A stretch of DNA of 64,000 nucleotides from Tubiluchus corallicola (taxonomy: Eukaryota > Animalia > Priapulida): contig JAQGDQ010000764.1 in NCBI GenBank assembly GCA_030141605.1, positions 36,249 through 100,248 of the forward strand, written 5' to 3'. The stretch's first letter is position 1. Each line of letters starts with the position of its first letter. Positions 58,901 to 64,000 of this stretch are shown here, piece by piece. Both the position numbers and the translations under genes were made by a program. The notes beneath the pieces were generated by a model, which had not been told where the DNA came from, searched no databases, and saw only the letters and a program-made list of their open reading frames with translations.

Positions 58901-61900
58901 CTGGCATTGTACATAATAAATCTGAATCTAAATGTAAAGGAACAAGAAAAATTTGCTTGTTGACAAAGGAAATCAATAACCCCATAACAAAATGATGGTT
59001 GTGAAATCTAAATATGTTTGTCTTTACGTCTTTCAGACACTGACGGATTGATTGGCCAAGCCTTGCTAGCTGGAAATTTTGAAGCAGCAGTTGAATTGTG
59101 CTTCCATGACAACCGCATAGCAGATGCCATCATACTGGCTAAAGCTGGTGGTCCCGAACTTTTATCCCGAACACAAGATAGGTACTTCAAAACACACAAA
59201 ACAGCTATAGGAAAGGTAAAATATGGAAATACATTTGTGTTACTTAATGTGTTAGTAATTTCTTTCTAAAGTCCACCGTAAATAAATAATTTTACTGCTT
59301 TGTGGACTTTGTATCAATTGTAGAATAATTGTTCCTATAAAATTCTTACTTTATTGTATCATTATTTTGCTTAAAAAAATACATAGACTTCTGCTCATTC
59401 AGCATTAATAATTTGCTATTGCCTGCATTGCTAGTGGTGTTTTTTGCTTGATTTAGTGATATAATAGGTGGCACTTAACAGACTGTTTGTGTTGGAAGTG
59501 TTTTGACCCAATTAACTGAGTGAATCGATTAGCTGACACATGTAGTTATTACTAGTATTGAAGTACGTGTGATCACTCTTCATTTTAGTTTGAAAATCTC
59601 AAATAAAGATCTAAATGAAAAAATAATAGAAGAAAAAAATAAAAAGACGTTGTTTAAGATGGATTGGGAATATGCTTAGACTACCTGATAATAATCCATT
59701 GAAGATAGCTCGTCAGCAAGTCATAGAAGCAGCCAGAAGACCTGCAGGAGAACAAATGTTAACATATTTAGATTTTGCACAGAAAGATTTAAACACTTAA
59801 GTACTGATCCTCAGAGACAAATGCACATTGGGCATTGCAGCGAGTAGGGAATCCTGGCATAGGGAGGTGAACAGAATCGTGTCCATGGACGTATGATTCA
59901 TTGGATGGATGATGATGACCAGTTTAACATGCACTGCAAAGGCTGTAAGAGCTTTAAATATTATGTCTTTACGCTTATGCTCCATTAATTTTTTGAAAAT
60001 TAACTTTATGCTCCTAGTTGCTCTAAGATGTTTACTTGTAAAGTCACAAAGAACACTGGCAGATTACTGCATTTGCATCAGTGGCATAACAGTAACAGTT
60101 ACTTGATTAAACTCTCTGTGAAAAGCAGCAAGAGCTTCAAAAACAAAGCGTGATTAAAAGTTTAGCTTCCATAAATTCTGGGAAAGAAGTTTAATTGCAT
60201 TCGGCAAGCGGGTAATAGATTTAAAGCAAAACCGCTAGCTAGCATATTAGTTATTGACAGATATAACTGTTCTTTCAAGCAAAACTGTACTTAACTTGAT
60301 TGTTTCTACGTATATTCTACATAAAAGTTGTAAAGTAGTTTGATCACACATAAGTTTCTTATTTAACTACATCAACAAAAATAAGTCAAACTTGTGGAGT
60401 TATTTGAGTTACTTGCCAACAATTTATATATACATTTGAATAGGAGTGGCCGTTATGAGACATTTATGAGTCAGTTAGGCGACTGATTCTATTAACACTG
60501 AGTCTAATAAGTGGCACCTACTGTATCTATTAAAAAGAAAGTTGAAGTATTATAAATTGGTTTTAATTTATTTAGCTTTAGATCAGGCTGTATCATTACT
60601 GTACACATTCTCACTTAATATACTGAGCAAACACATTACTCAGTTTTCTTTTAAATTATTTTAACAGATGATCTCATCAATAGTAAGGCAAGACTGGCGG
60701 CACATCATTTCTACATGCTCACTGGATAGTTGGAAGGAAGCTTTGGCGACGATCTTGACATATTCCCCACCAGACAGTTTTAGCATCCTCTGTGGTAAAA
60801 TACATGATAGTTGTGTTTTGCAGACTGTTAAATTTTTGCTTTCATGTGTTACAAAGTGTTGCTGCATTTAGGAAACAGAGTGCAATGATGAATAAAAACA
60901 CCGGACATCTAAATCTGATATTTAATGATGTTAAGTGTTTTGTTTCTGATGCACCTTAATTCTTTTTTCTATTTAAAAGTTGTTTATTTAATGTATTATA
61001 AGCTTGGATGTGTCGGCATTACAGTTTCTGTTTAGAAAGGCTAAATTGCCGTATAGGTAGGGTTACCATATTCTCTGAGTTGAAAAAGAAGACCACGTGT
61101 CAAGCATTCGGCTTCCCAGTAACATCGACCTGCGCGAAAACACTGGTACTTGGCTTTCATTTCATTTGTAAACGCACACTGTCGTTTTGGCATTGCTACT
61201 TTCTAATTAACTTTTACCAGTTGCTCAAAACTGCAAAACAGCGAAACTATACAAATTTAAAGAAATTCACATGAAAACAAACAAAATGGCTCCCTGAAGT
61301 CGTTAGCGAGAATACGCCGAGTATCGACAGCAGTGTGAGTCGTATGACCCATAATGATGTGCACAAATCTTACTTTTGTTCAGTAAATATGTACAAGGGT
61401 TGCATTTTGAGATGTTAGCAACTTGTATTGAAAATTAGCAAGCTTTTCTTTGTCTCATACTGTCATACGCCTCTGCAGTTGGCAACGTCCGTACATACTT
61501 ACGGATTGAATCAAACCCGGACAAACTGCCGATTTTTTTGAAACCCCTCCCGGACAGAGGCCCAAAAAGAGGACGTGTCCGGGGAAACCCGGACGTATGG
61601 TAACCCTATGTATAGGTCACTTTGATAATGTTGATTATTGAAATGTCGTTGCTTTGCCTTGTAGCCTTTTTTGCTTTGTAAAATTTTAAGTTAATTTGCT
61701 AATTAGTCTTCTTTAGTTTATGAAATAAATTTTCCTTTACATAAATTTTCATAAAAATAATAGCTTTTTTATGTCGCTAGTGTAAAGATGTAGGTTTTTA
61801 ACAACAGTTTTCTTAATTAGTGCACGTCTGCTAATGTAATATTGAATTTTTATATTTTAAAGAAAGTGCAGAGCTGCTACACTAATAAACGTTTAAAAAT

Positions 61901-63375
61901 ATCTGTTTCACTTTAAAATGTAGCCGGTCCCTTTACCTTGTGCTAAAATAACTGAAAAAGTGCAATGACTTGACAAGCATTTATTGTTTTACGAGTTGCA
62001 GTTGGTCTAGTTACTGAGCAAACTGGAATTCACTTGTTTGGAAAAAATGTGTTCGCTTTAAATTTATGCGATCTTGCTTATCATTTCGTTTATATGTTTA
62101 GATATGCTTGGTACCCGGCTGGAAGCTGAAGAAGATGAAGACATGTTGACGAATGCTTGCTTGTGTTACATCTGCTCTGGGAGCGTGGATAAGCTGGCCG
62201 ATTGCTGGGCGCGCCTCCATCAAAACAATTCACCGCTTGCTCTTCAGGTGAAATCAGATATAACAGACTTTTTATTTCATAATCTTGCGAAATTTGTTTC
62301 ATATTTTTGTTGCACTTGCATTTATTTATTATTTGTTTATTTATTTTATTATTTTATTATTTATTAGTCACAGAAATCAATATATACATTTTATACATGA
62401 ATAAAATTAAATTGGTTAATGATCAATGCAAAGCTTGTGCCTACTACCATGTTTTGAGATGCTGTAACTGTTGCTATGCTACTGGAATGCTGCATTTATT
62501 TGAGTAGTAGCTTACTGATTAAGATGCCAATCAGTAAGCTGGTAGTCCAAGACACCGAGACATTAACAAATTATTTAAAGGAAAACAGGATGATTTTTCA
62601 TATACTACACCATTTTGAAGTACGGTAAAAAGTATTTGTTTTAACGCACGTAATAATGACAAGCATTTCTTGCAATTAACTAATAAGTTAAAACTTAATT
62701 AATGGCATTGATGACATCACAATTGAACATAATATTCAATAGCTCAAACATTTCTCCAGGATGTTGCACGTGGTGATGGCACGAGAAAGTGGTAATTGAA
62801 GTGCAGTGCTGCTGTACAAATTCATTGTGATATATAAAAACTCGGCAAATTTAAAATTTAAATTTCAAGCTTACCGTTGTGTTACAATTGAACAACTCTG
62901 AACTAAAAGGTACAGCACCTGTTTTTGTGCAATGTATTTCTAACATGTAGGCGTTGGTGCCCGTCTAACTAGTGAATGGCGAAATGCATGTAACTGGGAA
63001 CAACTAGCTGTGCAAGTGCCAAAATTACTATTCAACAGTAATAATTCTTTCACATAAGTCATTCTTGAAAAAACAGTATGTTCAAAGTGAGTATTTCAGT
63101 ATACAGTATATGAAATTGTGTACTGGTTACGTTACTGGTTACCTTGTCGGCGAATAGCTCAGTAAATTTGAACTAACAAACTTATAAGTGCGTGTTTCTT
63201 GCAGGATTTGATGGAGAAGGTCATGATACTATGGAAAGCGGTGGAGGTGTTAAAGGGTCGTGCACCGGAGATTCACGCTGGCAGTCTAGTCGATAAATTT
63301 CAGCAGTATGGAGAGATTTTGGCGTCTCAAGGCTGCTTAGAAACGGCCATGTACTACTTGAGCAGCTGTGCCGCG
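40949..63375 (+). CDS. SEC31: COPII outer coat protein SEC31 (WD40 plus ACE1 region), first 16 coding exons; continues past the right edge
   Basis: Exons 40949-41061, 42222-42311, 43395-43590, 43961-44056, 45074-45211, 47785-47927, 50854-50965, 52759-52914, 53981-54121, 55552-55776, 56537-56707, 58203-58386, 59037-59215, 60668-60794, 62102-62247 and 63205-63375; all GT-AG and phase-consistent. Signatures: [98 protein letters not shown]. Confidence 0.98.
41527..42108. repeat. 48-bp minisatellite, about 12 copies (SEC31 intron)
   Basis: Unit aaaaagtgcaatgattccctttatttgtgctaaaacactgccttt with 47/48-bp variants. Confidence 0.95.
42870..43172 (-). mobile_element. Degenerate copy of the TTCGAA-rich hAT MITE family seen at 8884 and 10017
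   Basis: Shares cgaatttgtgac and ttcgaactaaaaaac.tgttcgaa.tcgaacgttc.atgct. Confidence 0.6.
44732..45107 (+). repeat. 75-bp tandem repeat, 5 copies, spanning a SEC31 intron-exon boundary
   Basis: Each unit is the last ~42 nt of the intron (...catatttcag) plus the first ~33 nt of the exon (ccttcagatgacgtgac...ggaatc). The AGs end at 44775, 44848, 44923, 44998 and 45073. Confidence 0.95.
45295..46265. repeat. 107/108-bp minisatellite, about 9 copies (SEC31 intron)
   Basis: Unit atgtggctaagttttcacatagaatttactctgtataaatactcacatagtactcaaaaagactg...attgaacag. Confidence 0.95.
46790..47690. repeat. 32-bp purine-rich minisatellite (SEC31 intron), degenerate at its 5' edge
   Basis: Unit gtagatgtagatttaagatagatgagaaaaaa; homogeneous from about 46970. 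Confidence 0.95.
48107..48562. mobile_element. Kolobok-like MITE
   Basis: TTAA on both sides (48103-48106 and 48563-48566); ~40-bp imperfect TIR AGGAGAAGAAAAGGCCTAGTTAAAGCAAGTCTCGGAAAA versus AGGACAAGAAAATGGCTAACCAAAGTAAGTCTCAGAAAA. Confidence 0.85.
48667..49894 (-). mobile_element. Internally deleted pogo/Tigger transposon with a frameshifted CENP-B-type HTH transposase N-terminus
   Basis: 49354-~48920 encodes [20 protein letters not shown]...[18 protein letters not shown] / KRRCTGKD / [38 protein letters not shown] / [11 protein letters not shown]...HGEEKAD. No DDE domain. TIR-like ends gtcg(t)cgcttaatagac / gtctattaagtggcgac. Confidence 0.88.
51166..52462. repeat. 72-bp minisatellite, about 18 copies (SEC31 intron)
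   Basis: Unit cagtggtacagcatgtgctcttcatcctgaactgcacgattaccactcagtgcacagtcacatgcgtgtgta; it generates the long 24-aa-period ORFs. Confidence 0.97.
53210..53490. repeat. (TAT/TATTGC/TATTAC)n microsatellite
   Basis: Read directly; source of the poly-Leu ORF artefact. Confidence 0.95.
54354..54755. mobile_element. hAT-like MITE
   Basis: Ends CAGGGGTATAT...GATACGCCGCTG; 8-bp TSD ATTGTACA/ATTGTACT (7 of 8 match). Confidence 0.7.
55321..55507. repeat. 33-bp minisatellite, about 6 copies
   Basis: Unit gtaactatcactcattatgtgactatccattat; ends about 45 nt before the acceptor. Confidence 0.92.
55777..56051. repeat. 49-bp minisatellite starting exactly at a SEC31 splice donor
   Basis: Unit gtaacattgttctgcctgttagcaacaatgagttgtttctttgtttatt, about 5.5 copies. 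Confidence 0.95.
56052..56517. repeat. 68-bp minisatellite, about 7 copies, ending at the acceptor tract
   Basis: Unit aaaattgttcatcttaataagtcaatacacattaaatacgtttagctctgagcttttttgttgacata. Confidence 0.95.
59462..60523 (-). mobile_element. Second, further-deleted Tigger-family copy
   Basis: TIR-like TAGGTGGCACTTAACAGAC / GTCTAATAAGTGGCACCTACTG|TA. Retains the MEHKRK start and an upstream region homologous to 49340-49890. Confidence 0.8.
59580..59920 (+). mobile_element. RTE-like LINE 3' fragment nested in the Tigger copy
   Basis: [31 protein letters not shown]...RRPAG...AASRESW resembles the RTE ORF C-terminus (R.RRLRW.GHV.RM...R.RGRP...A.DR..W). Ends in a (GAT)n tail. Confidence 0.75.
61058..61608. 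mobile_element. hAT (Tip100-like) MITE
   Basis: TIR TAGGGTTACCATA...TATGGTAACCCTA; 8-bp TSD CGTATAGG/TGTATAGG (7 of 8 match); CCGGAC subterminal repeats. Confidence 0.9.
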
Positions 63376-64000
63376 GTAAGAATAGGAACTGTTTATTTTG
63401 GCAATATTAGTAGAACCGTTACCCATTTCTAACATGTAATGTATGTTTTTGCATCAGATTCTAACATTGACTGCAGCAAAGACTTTTGCACCTTTCACTG
63501 CAAGTCTCCCTTTTTTATACACTCATATCTCGAATTACCGGACCTCGGATATCGGAAAAATCCGACAAAATCTGGACCGTTAAAAGTCCCGCGTACTATG
63601 GGCACAGTCCGTTGTTTCGTGAGCTGACCGCTAGTTGGCAGGTCGTAACATTGTTTAATACAGGGATCAAATACCCCTTAAAGAAGTGGGAAAGTGTGTC
63701 AGCTATTGAAGGAAATGCGTTCGTCTGCTACTAATGCGTGAAATTGGTGGACACATACAGCACTTGCTGCAGTACTGACGCAAAACTTTCCCGCATTTAA
63801 TTTTTTTTAACTTGTTCATTTAAAAATTCTGTAACTTTGGACAAATTTAAGGGAATGACGTAATATTTTCCGTGTTGTCTGTAAGGCCAGTGTGGTAATT
63901 TCCAAGTGATACAGCTATTATTTGCTTAATATTTCATGATGAAAAGTTTGGCATATTTTTTTTCTACCACCTGATATAAGTAAACCTAGACAATATCCAC

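Overview
AT-rich, intron-rich eukaryotic (invertebrate metazoan) genomic DNA, not prokaryotic. There are no CRISPR arrays, rRNAs or intact tRNAs. Splicing exons by hand (GT-AG sites plus phase) gives five genes. (1) The 5' part of MICU1 on the minus strand, running off the left edge. (2) A complete 7-exon PCNA on the plus strand (262 aa) with an E2F-site cluster, head-to-head with MICU1. (3) A quiver/sleepless-like Ly6 three-finger GPI-anchored gene on the minus strand with two intact, tandemly duplicated alternative terminal exons. (4) A 5-exon, 122-aa single-pass membrane protein gene with a tyrosine-rich tail on the minus strand, which I do not recognise and which the ORF track does not show as a unit. 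(5) The first 16 coding exons of the COPII coat gene SEC31 on the plus strand, running off the right edge. Introns and intergenic DNA carry many non-autonomous DNA transposons (hAT with 8-bp TSDs, Tigger/pogo, TTAA-flanked Kolobok-like), LINE and SINE remnants, and microsatellites. SEC31 introns hold eight unrelated minisatellite arrays, one of which duplicates a splice acceptor five times. Best leads: the duplicated Ly6 terminal exons, the orphan membrane-adaptor-like gene, candidate MICU1 microexons at the position of the vertebrate MICU1.1 microexon, and the SEC31 decoy-acceptor array. All gene names come from recalled sequence motifs; no database search was run.
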